Source of the DNA: Lytechinus pictus
Lineage: Eukaryota
Length of the DNA: 64,000 nt
Reading direction: 5' to 3'
NCBI RefSeq assembly: GCF_037042905.1
Contig: NC_087252.1
Location: forward strand, 372,001-436,000
The notes under the pieces: generated by a model
What the model was told of the DNA's origin: nothing
Databases searched by the model: none
What the model saw: the letters and a program-made list of their open reading frames with translations, nothing else
Translations under genes and position numbers: made by a program
Shown here: one piece after another, positions 14,304 to 27,800 of the stretch
Layout: every line of letters starts with the position of its first letter
How positions within the stretch are numbered: position 1 is the first letter of the stretch

Positions 14304-17300
14304 CCACCACCACAACCACCATCATCATCATCATCATCATCATCACCATTATAATCATGATCACCACCACCAACACCAATATCTCACCTTATGATCCCTG
14401 TTAGCATTAGATGATGTTGTAGCTGGTGTCAGGAAGTGAGTATGAAGCAGAGTGGTGAAGATATTATGAACCTCTGCATTCCTGATTATCAAAAAAAAAA
14501 GAACAAGAAAAATACAATCAAATTGACTCTGATGGTCTGAATTCAGTGATAACTGCGATAAAAAATCTATTCCCAAGATTCTTCATATTTAAATTGACAA
14601 AATGACTTATAAATCAGTGGATAAGTCTATGGAATTAGTACTACAAGGTCAGTGATTCAAACCCCACTGCAACACTACCTTCCTTTTTCAAGGAGATTCT
14701 CTATACTTGTAATTTCCATCCGAACGGTAAAGTGGTATAAAAAACAAAGAAGAAATTAAAATCATTGTACAGCAATAAGAGTGCCTCAACATTTTACTGA
14801 AATATTCCCTCATGGAATCTTGAAAATTCACAAACTGTGAGCAAGCAAGGCAGAAACTACATGCTGGGCTTCTTAACATTTCTTCCATATACATGGCAAT
14901 TATTATACATGTATATCAATAAATTAATTAAAAATTCATACAATTTTAGTATTTTTCTATTCTTCCCATATCACAACTCAATTAATTTTTTGATGTTTTG
15001 CAGTAGGATGAAAATGAATTACAATTTATGAATGAGTTGGCAAATGGCGCTCCATAAAAGTGTGGTCTAAGTTTTAACTATACCACCCATTGCCAATGTA
15101 CAGTATCAAGTTCTACATTGTCTTACTTTGGGTATGGCATGCCAAGTACAGCAAAGTGCCTGACAAGCCTCTGACTGAGGGATGGAACACTGGCAGGGGT
15201 CAAGGGATTGACCGTCGTCACATAGGTCACATTCTTGACCTCTCGCATCCGATGAGTGTCTGGTTCGAAGAATCCACCCGAGTCCAGGTGCTGCCGGACC
15301 ATGGCTGAAGCTGATTGGTGGCTGAACTGGTCAACCTGAGAATAATAGTATAAAAGTAAAATAACAAACCCATTGAAGCAATAATTATATAGCAATTGCC
15401 AATCAAAAGCATTGTTGCATGCGTATTCTGTTTGAAACACAAACGAGGAACAAATCAGAAATATTCTTTAATTTTGCAAATTACAGTAAAAAATCATTAT
15501 GCTCACATTAATGGCCCCTTCTCTTCTTTCACATTTGCAACTCATGCATAATTCAGTAAATTATTTTCATCAAATAGATTTATGGTCATATCAAAGGCTG
15601 GTTTGCATCAAATTTGGAAATTTTCAGAACAAAGGATCTACAGATAAGATTTAAAGGGCAAACGAACCAGAATTCTTGATTGCCCCACCTCAAGTCCTCA
15701 ACAACTCATATCTGGCCAGGTTCAGTACCCATTATGCAACAGTGAGTAGTGTAGTCTTGTGATACAGACCCACTTGAATGGTAACACATTAATTCGCTGC
15801 TCAAAACACAATATCAAGAAGCATAACAGGAACCTTACCTCTCAATTTTTTTTTTACTTTATCTACACAAATGAAATTGTCATCTAATTTTCCTCTATAT
15901 CACTCTCAACAGGTATATGTTAAGACTAGCAATTTACAACATGCAGTCAATAAAACACACAGCGCGCTCTCCCTTCAAATGATTTGAATATGGATTGTGA
16001 ACGTTGGTAACAGGCATCAATTTGGTGCACTGTGACAAAAGCGCGCATCAGCATTGGACATTTTTTATACACGTGCTAAATTAAGCGTAATTTATACAGG
16101 AAATCTGCATAAACCATGGATTCAACCGTGGGTTTTCAAAACCACCTTTGTGAATTCAGGCCATAGTGCGCTCTCCCTTCAAATGATTTGAAAAAAGGAT
16201 TGTGAATGTTAGTAAAGTATGTTGTGTTTGCTGGGTATGAGTACTTACATAAGCCAGGTTGAGATCATCCACAAGACACATTAGTTTCTTATTTCCCTTT
16301 GGTACATAGGTGCGACCATGACGCCATTCAAGCCTCTCTTCCAACCGCTGCCACAGGACACGACTTGTGGTGAACCTGAGAGAACAAAACAAAAGATGCA
16401 TCATCATTATAAAGAGAAAAACTTTTATAGAGATATTAACACCTACATGTAACCAATACCGCTTTCAGTAAGTCGCTGATCTGGACCAATCCCGGGTTAA
16501 GTGGTAAAAGTTTGAGCTTATGAATGACATGGGCTGTTTTCATGAAATCTCAATTTGTCTAGTAATCTTGCTATTTACATGTACAACTTTTTTTTTTCTT
16601 TTATTATGAATGTGTGCTAATTCATCATAATAAGTATCAATTGATTTTTTATAACAAATGAAGAGCTTCATGTCATATCAGAAAGCCTGGTGTACCATTG
16701 TTGATTTATTCTTGGATGTGTCCAATTTGTAGTGTAGTATAGAAGAGCTTCAGAAGAATAAGCTTTACAAAGTGTATTCATCAGAATATGATAAACATAG
16801 TTCTGGGGGTAGACAATTGGTACTCACAATTTCTCAAAACTCCATCTCACTCAGTCATTTGTTTTTTATCTACCCCCTTTTTTCTCTTGTCTACTTGGTC
16901 TTCTTTACATACTTACCTATTAGCAGTGACGGTGAGAGATAGAACTTCAGCCACCTCCCCAGAGCAGACAGTACGGATTCGATCATTGACAATGGCCGTT
17001 TTACCGCAGCCAGCTTCACCGACCAACATTACTGGCTTACCAGCGTCAGACAGTAGTCCAAGTAGGTAGGAAATTTGCTGTTTATAGAGTTACCGAGAAA
17101 TACACAAAATTTAAGCCTTCCCAGCATCATGTTTCACTCATGACAAATTTTGTAGCAATGATTGCAATTAATTGAAGGAGATTTTTTTTCTTTCTTTCTG
17201 AATGCTTTAACTTTCATTGTAACATTCATTTTAACATCCATTCACAATTATTTTTTTTGATGTATTTGCCACATAAAAAAATCAAACACTCAGAGAAGTA

Positions 17301-20300
17301 AGACACATCCTGTATGGTCAGCAGAGGTCTTGTAGCCATTTCATGCAAGTTTTTATCTGGTGTGGATGTATCGTTTCAACAGGTATGGGTACATCTTATG
17401 TTTATGAATAATTGTATTCAAATTTATATTTTTATCATAAACATATTGTTTTTTTTGTTTTTTTTGTAAGACACATCCTGTATGGTCAGCAGAGGTCTTG
17501 TAGCCATTTCATGCAAGTTTTTATCTGGTGTGGATGTATCGTTTCAACAGGTATGGGTACATCTTATGTTTATGAATAATTGTATTCAAATTTATATTCT
17601 TATCATAAACATATTGGCCCATATTCTGAAGTTGGGTTGAACTTAAACTCAGGTTTAAAGTTGTGGTTTAAGTATGGATAGCCAATTGTTATATAAATCA
17701 CTAGCAGTAGAGATATCATATTTCAGCTCATTTGCCTCTCAAATCATTCATAATTGTCTAGGAATTATAGATGATTGTCTTCACCATCGATGAATCAGGA
17801 AAGAGCACAGTAAACATAAGAAACATACAACTAAATAAAATGGTTGACACTTTTGGCTTCCCATAATTTTAGCACAAAGTTAGACCATAGTCAAAATTAA
17901 ATCTGACTTCAGAATACGGGCAATAAGGTCAAAACTCTACAACAGATCAGCAGATCAGAAAGAACAAGAGACATGCTATTCAGTTAATGACAGTTTAATT
18001 CTCAACAAGCCAAAGTCGCCCTTTCCCACAACTCCACGCACATAAATCCCACAGAGCAGCAAGTAATCTAGCAAAGATATTACCTCAGTTGTGACAGTGT
18101 GGACGAAAGCATCTAGTGGGATGCCCTCGTGTGGTGGCATACTGTAGGGTGGTACAGCCTCAGACCACATCACCATCTCTCCGCTCTCACTATCTACAAA
18201 ATAATCAAACACCTGAAGGAAAAAAAATCAAAGAAATCAAAGGGAAATGTTAGAACCATAATGTCAATGAATATACATCATTATCAATCCAGTTTTAAAT
18301 TTGATTTTGTCTCTAGAGGTGGATTCACTTCACACTGGCAAAAATCTAATTCGCTGATAACAGAATAGCAATGGGAATACATGCAGTATATTTGCATCTT
18401 TAGAGATCAGCCTATCGTTAAGCTCAACCAACAATCTCTAACAATAAATCTATTACAAATCCCTCAATGGTGCAACTTAGTCACAGAACACAGTTCAAGA
18501 TTCAAGACTCCTTGATTTATTGAAACCTTCCTGACAAAAAAAAAAGCGCTCTCTTTTCTAGTTACAGATTAGATATATTACTAACCTCGCCCTCTTCAGG
18601 ATAAATCTCACGTTTCTCCCATTTAGAGCGCCACCAATGGCTGAAGGTAGAGCGATGCTTCTCTTCCAGCGTCCCACCGAATGCCCAGACTGCAGCAAAG
18701 CTGACGTAGCGCTCGTACTGCTCATCACTAAGCTCTGTATTCTGAGCAATGATGGCCTATTGGGATGGAGAAAAATAATTTAAAAGTGCAAAACAGGTTC
18801 CTGAGATCTGCCTGATGACAATATCTCGGTCTCATCATGTCTACATGTTTAGAAGAGATGATCAGGGCCCCATTTTATAAAGACTTCTTACTATAACAAA
18901 TGCCTAACAAGTTTACCATAAGCCAATCACATTGAATGATTTTAGTAACTTTAAACTGTTATTGCAAATTATACTTTATGGAACTGGCACCAGATAAACA
19001 AAACCTTATTTGATAATCTCTTCTACCAAACGTAGACACAACAGAATGATTATCTGGACGTCTGGTTAGCACTTATAAACCTCAATAATTCATACAATTT
19101 TACAAAATACATGGAAGGGTACACTTCAGTCTAATTCTGTAATACGTATCCACTCCAGTAAAGGCTAGTCACTAACACATAGAGACATTGATAAACACCA
19201 AAGTCTACCCTAAAATCAATAATGTAGCTTGTTTCTTACATCTAAGATGGCACAGAAAGTAAGGACCATGTTGCTTTTGCTACCCTAGAATCAATAATAA
19301 AGCTTGTTTCTTACATCTAAGATGGCACAGAAAGTAAGGACCATGTTGCTTTCACTCGTATCCACAATCCTCTTCATCTTAGGCCTCTTTCTTTGTTTAC
19401 TGGTTGTCATGACAGCTGGTCTAAGACACAGGTCCAGGTACTCCATGGTAGGACCAAGATACATGTCTGCTAGAACCTTGAGGATCTCCTGGTCCTTCTC
19501 TGGACGTCGGTCTAACCAGGCGGTCAGGAGCAGGGCCCAGCTGACGTCAGACCGGTCCATGGAGAGCAGGCCTACTCGGGAGATTAGGCCTGGACTAAGA
19601 TGGTCCACACTCTCAATCTAGGATACACAGATATTAATCATGAAATGGTACTTTATTCATTCATCTGTTTTGTCTATAAAAGGTCAAATTTTTTCACTAA
19701 TTTTATTCATTCTTTGCTTTATAATTAATATAGTAATGTTACAACTTATTATAATAAATTTTATTATATAAAATTGAAATGCAATTTGCACAACTGTTTT
19801 CCTCCAATGAAGAAATCCCTGGACCTACTACACTATTCACATGAAATACTTCGGAAAAATAGTACAAAACATATTTAGTATAAAACTGCGTTTTTGTAGA
19901 GCAGTTCTAATAATGCACATTCAAATATAAAACTACATGTATGGCTTAACTTCTGCAAAATGCAGTGTGATTAACGATTCAACCATATATTTCTCATTTG
20001 GAAAAACATTGACTAAGGAAAAGAATGCTACATGTATCTACATTCTTCAGTCTGTAAAAAATAATGTTCCTTTCCTACACTGGCCTAATTATGCACATCA
20101 CACATTTCAAATTGACATAAAGGAAGAATAAATATCAATCTTACCTCCCAGAAGATTGAGAAATTATCTGGTATGTGAACACGTTCATTATTGGCAAGAA
20201 CCAGAATACCATCATGATCAAAGAGAGAACTCAAGATTTCCATCTGGGTGGCATTGATCTATAAAGAAATATTTTCAAAAAATCATTCTAAAGCAAACTT

Positions 20301-21678
20301 TCAATGAGAAAAAGAACAAAAACAATGATCGCTGATTTTAATAGTTATAATACAGGTAGTGTAGTAGGTTTCACGGTACATCATGTATCTTTCTTGGGCA
20401 AGTGAAAAAGACCACCAAATCTCGTCGTTTCGACAAGTGTGTTCTCGTCCTGAGGACGACAAGAACACACTTGTTGAAACATCAAGATTCGGTGGTCCTT
20501 TTCAGGACCAACACTTGCCCAAGAAAGATACATGGTATACCGTGAAACCTACTGCACTATTCTCCTTCACCATGGAAACCTTCAGAAGTTATACAATACA
20601 GGTATTGTTCATGTTCAATGATGATATTCATAATATCTACATCGATCTGTTTTACTCACCACTATGCTACTTAACATTCATCAAATATATTCATACATGC
20701 ATAATATCACTTGCTGAATGTTTAAACAAGGATATTTGGACAATGCTATTAGGTTACCAAAATTAGATAGAATTACAAGTATAGAGCAAACAGATGAACA
20801 GACACTTCAGATGAAAACAAAAAAAACCCAGCTGTACGATATACACTTGAGGGTCCCGTAACACAAAGGTTAGCGATTAATTGTTCGCTTGATTTTCACG
20901 ATTGATTGTACTTTGTAGTCAATGCAATCAATCATAGAAAAGTGTTCTACGATGATTGCTAAGCTTAGAGTTAAGGGCCCAGGATTATATTATTTTACAA
21001 TGGCCCGTATTTTGAAGTCAGGTTTAACTTAAACTCGGGTTTAAAGTTGTGGTTTAAGTATGGATAGCCAATTGTTACATAAATCACTAACAGTAGAGAT
21101 ATAATATTTCAGAACATTTGGCTCTCAAATCATTCATAATTGTGTAGGAAGTATAAATAGATGATTGTCTTCACCATCGATGAATCAGGAAAGAGCACAG
21201 TAAACACAAGAAACATACAACTTAATACAAATTTTGACACTTGTGGCTTCCCATAATTTCAGCACAGAGTTAGACCATGGTCTATTAAGTTAAACCAGAC
21301 TTCAGAATACGGGCTAATGTGTTTACCTCTCCATCTAGATGCATAGCTTTCATGTGTGGTTTAGTCTGACTGAAGTCTGCTTTAGGAATGAGACATAGCT
21401 TACGAAGCAATGCGATGAACAGACCATCACGCCACTCCCTACATGGTGAAAATAGGAACAAATTATGTTTGAGTTGAAATCAATCACAGCATAAGAGATA
21501 AATATGTCACATTTAAAATGATTCTGCCAGCTCCCAACACCCCCCCCCAATAAAGTTTGAATTGAAATGGATACACAACAACTGTAATTGCTCTCACCGT
21601 CTCCCCTCCCATGAACAAAATGTTTGAGTTGAAATCAATCACAGCTTAAATAACAGACTTCTATTTATCTACCTATAA

Positions 21679-21766
<88 letters not shown>

Positions 21767-21779
21767 GTCTATCTGTCTA

Positions 21780-21811
<32 letters not shown>

Positions 21812-21819
21812 TCTGTCTA

Positions 21820-21856
<37 letters not shown>

Positions 21857-24800
21857 AAGTCTGTCAGTCAGTCAGTCAGTCAGTCAGTCAGTCAGTCAGT
21901 CAGTCAGTCAGTCAGTCAGTCAGTCAGTCAGTCAGTCAGTCAGTCAGTCAGTCAGTCAGTCAGTCAGTCAGTCAGTCAGTCAGTCAGTCAGTCAGTCAGT
22001 CAGTCAGTCAGTCAGTCAGTCAATCAATCAATCAATCTATCACTGTCTCCTTCTTTTTACTCACTTAGTTTCTGGATCAGCGCTACCAAGAAGCTCCACA
22101 GACTCCACTGCTTGAAGGAAGATCCTATGAGTAGTCACAATCTTTCCAGTCTCCCTCTGAGCCGACATTAACGTCTTGATGCATTCACTTTTACCACAGC
22201 CTGGCGGTCCGGTTACAATCACCTGAAATATACAAACAGTCTTGATTTGTTGATATGCATGGAGTGGAGTAGCCCAATCGATTCGTTACCAGGCTTTGGA
22301 ACATAGGGTCATGGGTTTGAATCCCAGCCATCGCATATTTTCCTCCAGCAAGAATTGGTCCACATTGTGCTGCGATTGGCCCAGGCGTGGTGGATGGGTA
22401 CCAGTAGGATTTTTATTTCTTGAATATATTTAAGCGCCTATATGGCGGCTCAGCTACAGGCGGGGTAATAATACCAAGTATCACTCGCAGTTGAGAATAT
22501 TCATATAGAAACAGTGCTATATAAATAAGACATATTATCATTATTATTTTCATTACAAGAGATGTTGTGGTCTAGTGAATATGTCTCTGGAGTATAAATC
22601 ACAAGCTTTGTGGGCAGGTTCTACATGACGCAACATTCAAAGGACAGTATTGCTTCAACTACATCCACTCCTACTTCAATGGTCCTCTTAATCAATGAAA
22701 CTCACTGTTTGATGTGTATTGGTGAGCTGACACAGCTGAGCAACACGAGCTTGGAACGAGGTGCCTGGAAGCAAGCCTAGCTCGTTGGTTGCCACGGCGA
22801 TGGCAGAGTTGATGTCATCAAGGTATTGTTTCTCTCCTCCGGTGTTTGGTAGATAGCTCTGAATGACCTTACTGGGTCCTTGGGTTGATACCACTGGGGT
22901 ATTCAAACTTATCACATCTGTATCAATCAAAGATAAAAATAAGATTTTCCTAATCAAGCTTATGACATGCTTTTGACATATCCTCAAATTGCAGTACTAA
23001 TGGGGCAGTACTAATGATCACTTGCAAGTCTATTTTTGTTCCCAAAATCAAGCATATGCCGTGCAATTAATTGCAAATTTGCGATTGATTTCTAATCTGG
23101 TGGGTGTTTCATAAAGCTGTTTGTAAGATACAAATGACTTTACGCACGACTGGTGATCCTTTCTTGTGTTATGTGATATCCCTGTATAATTGAGTTATGA
23201 CCTAAGAACATGTTCCAGCCGTGCGTAACTTTACGAACAGCTTTATGAAACACCCACCTGCTCCATTAAAAAAGAAATGTAATCTGATTTTGCTTTAGTT
23301 AAAAGTGATCAATCAATTGTAAAATTGCAACAGAATATTTGCGATTGATTGCAATATTTTTCTTGCAACAGCCCCTTAGACACTGTCTGTTCCTCAGATC
23401 TGCCACACAAACATCTTGAAGTGAATTAAATAATTTAGTTTGTTTGAATCATTTTTATTGGATGAAAAATAAATGAGTAGAATATGGCAACTCACCCGAT
23501 GGGTGTTTCATAAAGCTGTTCGTAAGTTAAGAGCGACTGGTGATCCTTTCTTGTGATAAATGATGTTCACCACTATGTTCATTGGTAATTATTAAGCGTG
23601 TAAGAAAGGATCACCAGTCGTTCTTAAAGTTGCTCTTAACTTACAAACAGCTTTATGAAACACCCACCAGGGATAGGCCTTGATAAACCATGGCCAATGG
23701 TCTCCTATCTGACCTTAACATCAGCTACGTAAAATATTAATGTGAATGTAACATTAATATTCCATTTTCTTTGTATTTTTTTGTGATTCATGCAATAATC
23801 GATGAATTGAATTTAATATTGTAACTCACCAGATTTCTTGCCGATGGAAGGATCGACACCTCCAAAGCCCATGTCCACTGGTGTGTCTGGGAAGACATCC
23901 GTTACCATGGTAACAAACATATCAGCATCACTGCCATGGAGACGAGGCATGAATGTGTTCCTCAGAGCACTGACGATTGCCTCAATCTCATACTTAGCAA
24001 GTGGTTCAGGTAACTCAAAGCTTCCTACAAACCAAAACAGAAATTAATAAAAAAATACAAACATAATATTTTGAAAAAAATATAAATATGCATGTCTACT
24101 TTTATATATACATGTATAGCTTCAAATCGCAATAATGATGCTATTTTACTCTAACCATAGTTGTTATTGTTGAATATGATTTTAGCCCCTATTGTGTCCC
24201 TGGGTGTGTCTGTGGGAGATTTGCGCACTGTATAGATACAAAATTATCATTATTATTTGGTTCTAGTAAATAGCATCTGTAACGCAATGAGAAAGCTGAA
24301 TCTTTTTAACTTTCAGATTTCTTCTCCCAATCAATCAATCTGATATGTGCATATGCATTATATTTCACTTCTTCTTACACTAAATCAAACCATAAATGTG
24401 TCAAGATGGCAACACTCCTTTGCACCAGGCTTTCATCTGACAACCTATCTGACATATTGTAGTGTCTTCCAGTAACAATAGCCCTATTTTTCAAACAGTG
24501 GAGGTCATTTTTTTATGAAGCCTATCAAAGGAAAATCACTCACCCTTTTCAGTTTGCTTTTCATCTTCTTTATCTTCTAATTGATCTTCCTCAGCTACTA
24601 GCTGCAGCGGGTCTCTGTTTTCTATGCTTACCAACTCAGCCAAAGCTGCAAGGAGATACAAAAAGGAACAACATCAATAACCAGGGAATAATTTTACACA
24701 CACACAACAAAAGAATCAGATGTAATTTCCAAAGGAAATATTTCCATGATAATAATCCAGCTGACCCCTCGTACATTAAATTGTAATTAGCATACATGAA

Positions 24801-27800
24801 CATGTACATGTATGCTAACAAGCATAAGCCAAGGTTTGACTATGCTTCAAATCTCCATGTGGTATGATATTAGGGAGTTTTCACCTAGCACCATAAGGAG
24901 GGTTTCAGAACAGAGAAAATGTATTGTCAAATGCCCTTCTTGACAAAGAATAACCACAAACTCTTTGTCAAAACTTGGTGAATTAAAACAGCAGTTTAGT
25001 CCTTTGACTCTGGATAATAAACATATTTGCAATTTTTTATGAGCTCCAAGACTAAGGACGAAACCACCGTCCAGGCTCACTAATTTTCAACACAGGCCTC
25101 CCCGCTCTCCGTTGTCATTTGACGGGCATCTTTAATACATTTTACCGCGTTCTTGAATCCAACATAAGTCATGGAGAAAAAAACTCCCTATTAATCTCTA
25201 GTTAATCCTTTTCAACTGAGGAAAATTGTTATAAAATTACTCTAATTTTTACGGACAAGTTCAATATCAAAATGCTTTTACCTGTTTGATATTCTTCTTC
25301 CATGTAGTTAGCCTGTAGTTCATCCAGTAGAATACCAGCTTCAGTGATGATATTCCTCATGTTACGTATGCTCCATCCATGAGGGCCTTCATATGCTGCA
25401 TTCCCTGTCAAAATAAAAGTAGTGTGCACAACAAATGACGGATTAGATTTGAAGTGGAAATAACCCTTCCTCGATTAAGGATTGCAAAAATTATTTTTAC
25501 TAGTATACAAATAATGAATGTTTATGAGTGCAATGGACAGAATACTTCATGAGGTGAAAGATGAAATAATCCATTTAACGAGGCGTAGCCGAGTTGAATG
25601 GATCGTTATTTCATCTTTCACCGAATGAAGTACATTATCCTGTCCATTGCACGAATGAAAAAAACATTCATTATTTGGTTTATATGACACCTAAATAATT
25701 ATTCTTTTTCCATATGAAATTCATGAATTTCGATGCAAAACATGCTCATGCAGTGCGAGTTCGGTCTGTTGATTTTTACGTCATTACAACATGTGCACTG
25801 CTGGTGCATGAGCTGCAGTCTCGGTGAGCGAGTGCAATGGACAAAATCGTATGGATCCAAAATTGCACGATGAATGGATCCAAAATTGCACGGTTGATGA
25901 CGTCATTGCAAAATGGGCTGAATGAACGATATCAAACAACCAATCAAATCACAAGGATCTATCTAGGTGTAATATAATTGTATCTATTGCTGGTCATATT
26001 TAAGGTGATTGGATCAATTACACCACATTGTAACACTGACCTCTGAACTGGATAAGAATGCTAAACTAGATTATCAACTTACTAAGTTTGTTATCATTGT
26101 TAACAGTGAGTCCCATTGGAATGATCTTGATGTACATCTCTCTCAATGAAGCTAGTCTTGAAGATAGCTCTGCAGCCTGCCTAAAGCCTGTAAAATTAAA
26201 ATAACGAATAGATAAACTTTGCAAAAATCTCAACTGACCAATGTGAATACGATCTCATTAAAGCATTCAAAAATTCAATTACTTGCCTGTGTTGCCTTGT
26301 TTCATAACCTTTATTGATAAATTTTCATATATACATTTTTTAAAAGTAAATATGTTTGTAATTCAAAAAATAAATAAATAAATTACATAGTCTGAAAAGT
26401 GGCATCAAAATTGTACACCATGAATAAATTACAAGATGGCTTGGGGTCACATACATGTAGGTACCTTCACACAAGCCAGAATCCTCACTGTGACATTCAT
26501 TATAGACAAAACAATGAGGCATGCTGGGAGGCCACTGTGAAATACACATAGAATACTTATAATATAGCAGGATTCCTGCTTAAAGAAGCAGTAGATGTTT
26601 CTTTTAAAGTGTCTCAGTGCAATATATATTCCATTGAAATGAACAGAATTTATGAAAAGTCTTTGGACTTTGAACCACAAAGTGCAGGGTTCAAATCCCA
26701 CAGCATTAATCTATATACACCCTGTAAATGTTGCATATTACTATTATCATGACTATAAATACATGTACCTTGAGAGAGAAGAATGATCTCCATACTAATC
26801 CTGAAATCAGGACTGGTGATGGACACTGTCCTAAACAGACCGGTCAGATCTGACGGAAGCATGGACATCGTAGAGTTCAACACAAGGTGACGGTCAATGT
26901 TGGACATGGACGGAGCTTCGAGGGCGCTGTCCAGGGTAGCGAAGCACGCCCCCAATGGGTTGAGGGCGATCTCTTCTCCGAGAGCAGCGTAGGTGATGTG
27001 AGGGCGCTTCGCACGGAGTGCTTCAAGGTAGGTCTGTAGGAGCTCACAGAGGACACTCAAGGCTCCTGGGACGATGTGAGCAAGGTTGTTGAAACACACC
27101 CAAGAACCTAAACGATTCATAAAATATGGAAAAAAATTGTGTTTATATTGGTCCTTTTCAAAGGGTAGTCATGAGGCAAGTTTGAATGTTATCTTCTTGT
27201 TCCCCTTCTCATAGCTACACTGCCTCATTCAATTCTTAATAACTTGAGGAAATTATTTATAAAATTTGGAAAACCTTTTTTCATGTTTTTTCATCTTTCT
27301 TCTGTATGTTTTATTTAGAAAGCAAGAGGTCTTTCTCATTATGTAGTTATGGGGCAAGTTCAAATGTTGTTTTATTCTTCCCTCTTTGTATTTTTTTGTA
27401 GAAAAGTGGTCCTTCTCACAAGTTGTAACTGAGCAGGGCGCGACAAACCCGCTTGCCCGGGGCAAGTGAAAATGACGTGCGGGCAAGCATTTCTCAAAGT
27501 CAATTGCCCGATCGGGCAAGTGGTTGTTTTGAAAATGAACAAGATAAATTGACAGTAAAGTTTAACAATTTTTTGATAAATTGCAATTATCGGCCAATTA
27601 TCTCTCATACAATGTCATACCAGTAAAAAAACAGTGGAAACATGTCAAATCAGCGCCAATTTACCGACAAAAGGCGACAATTTATCACCAGCGGTCCCGT
27701 TCGATGGAGGCTGCCATCTTACTTTCTAAACTACAATGTGCGCATGCGCTACTAATCAACGAAGGAGAGCTAGCTGGGGAAACCCCTCTCTCGCCCTCTG

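Noticed and set aside
13947..14354. Poly-His/Met/Asp ORFs (also 5091-5294 and 47201-47671)
   Set aside because: Trinucleotide microsatellites.
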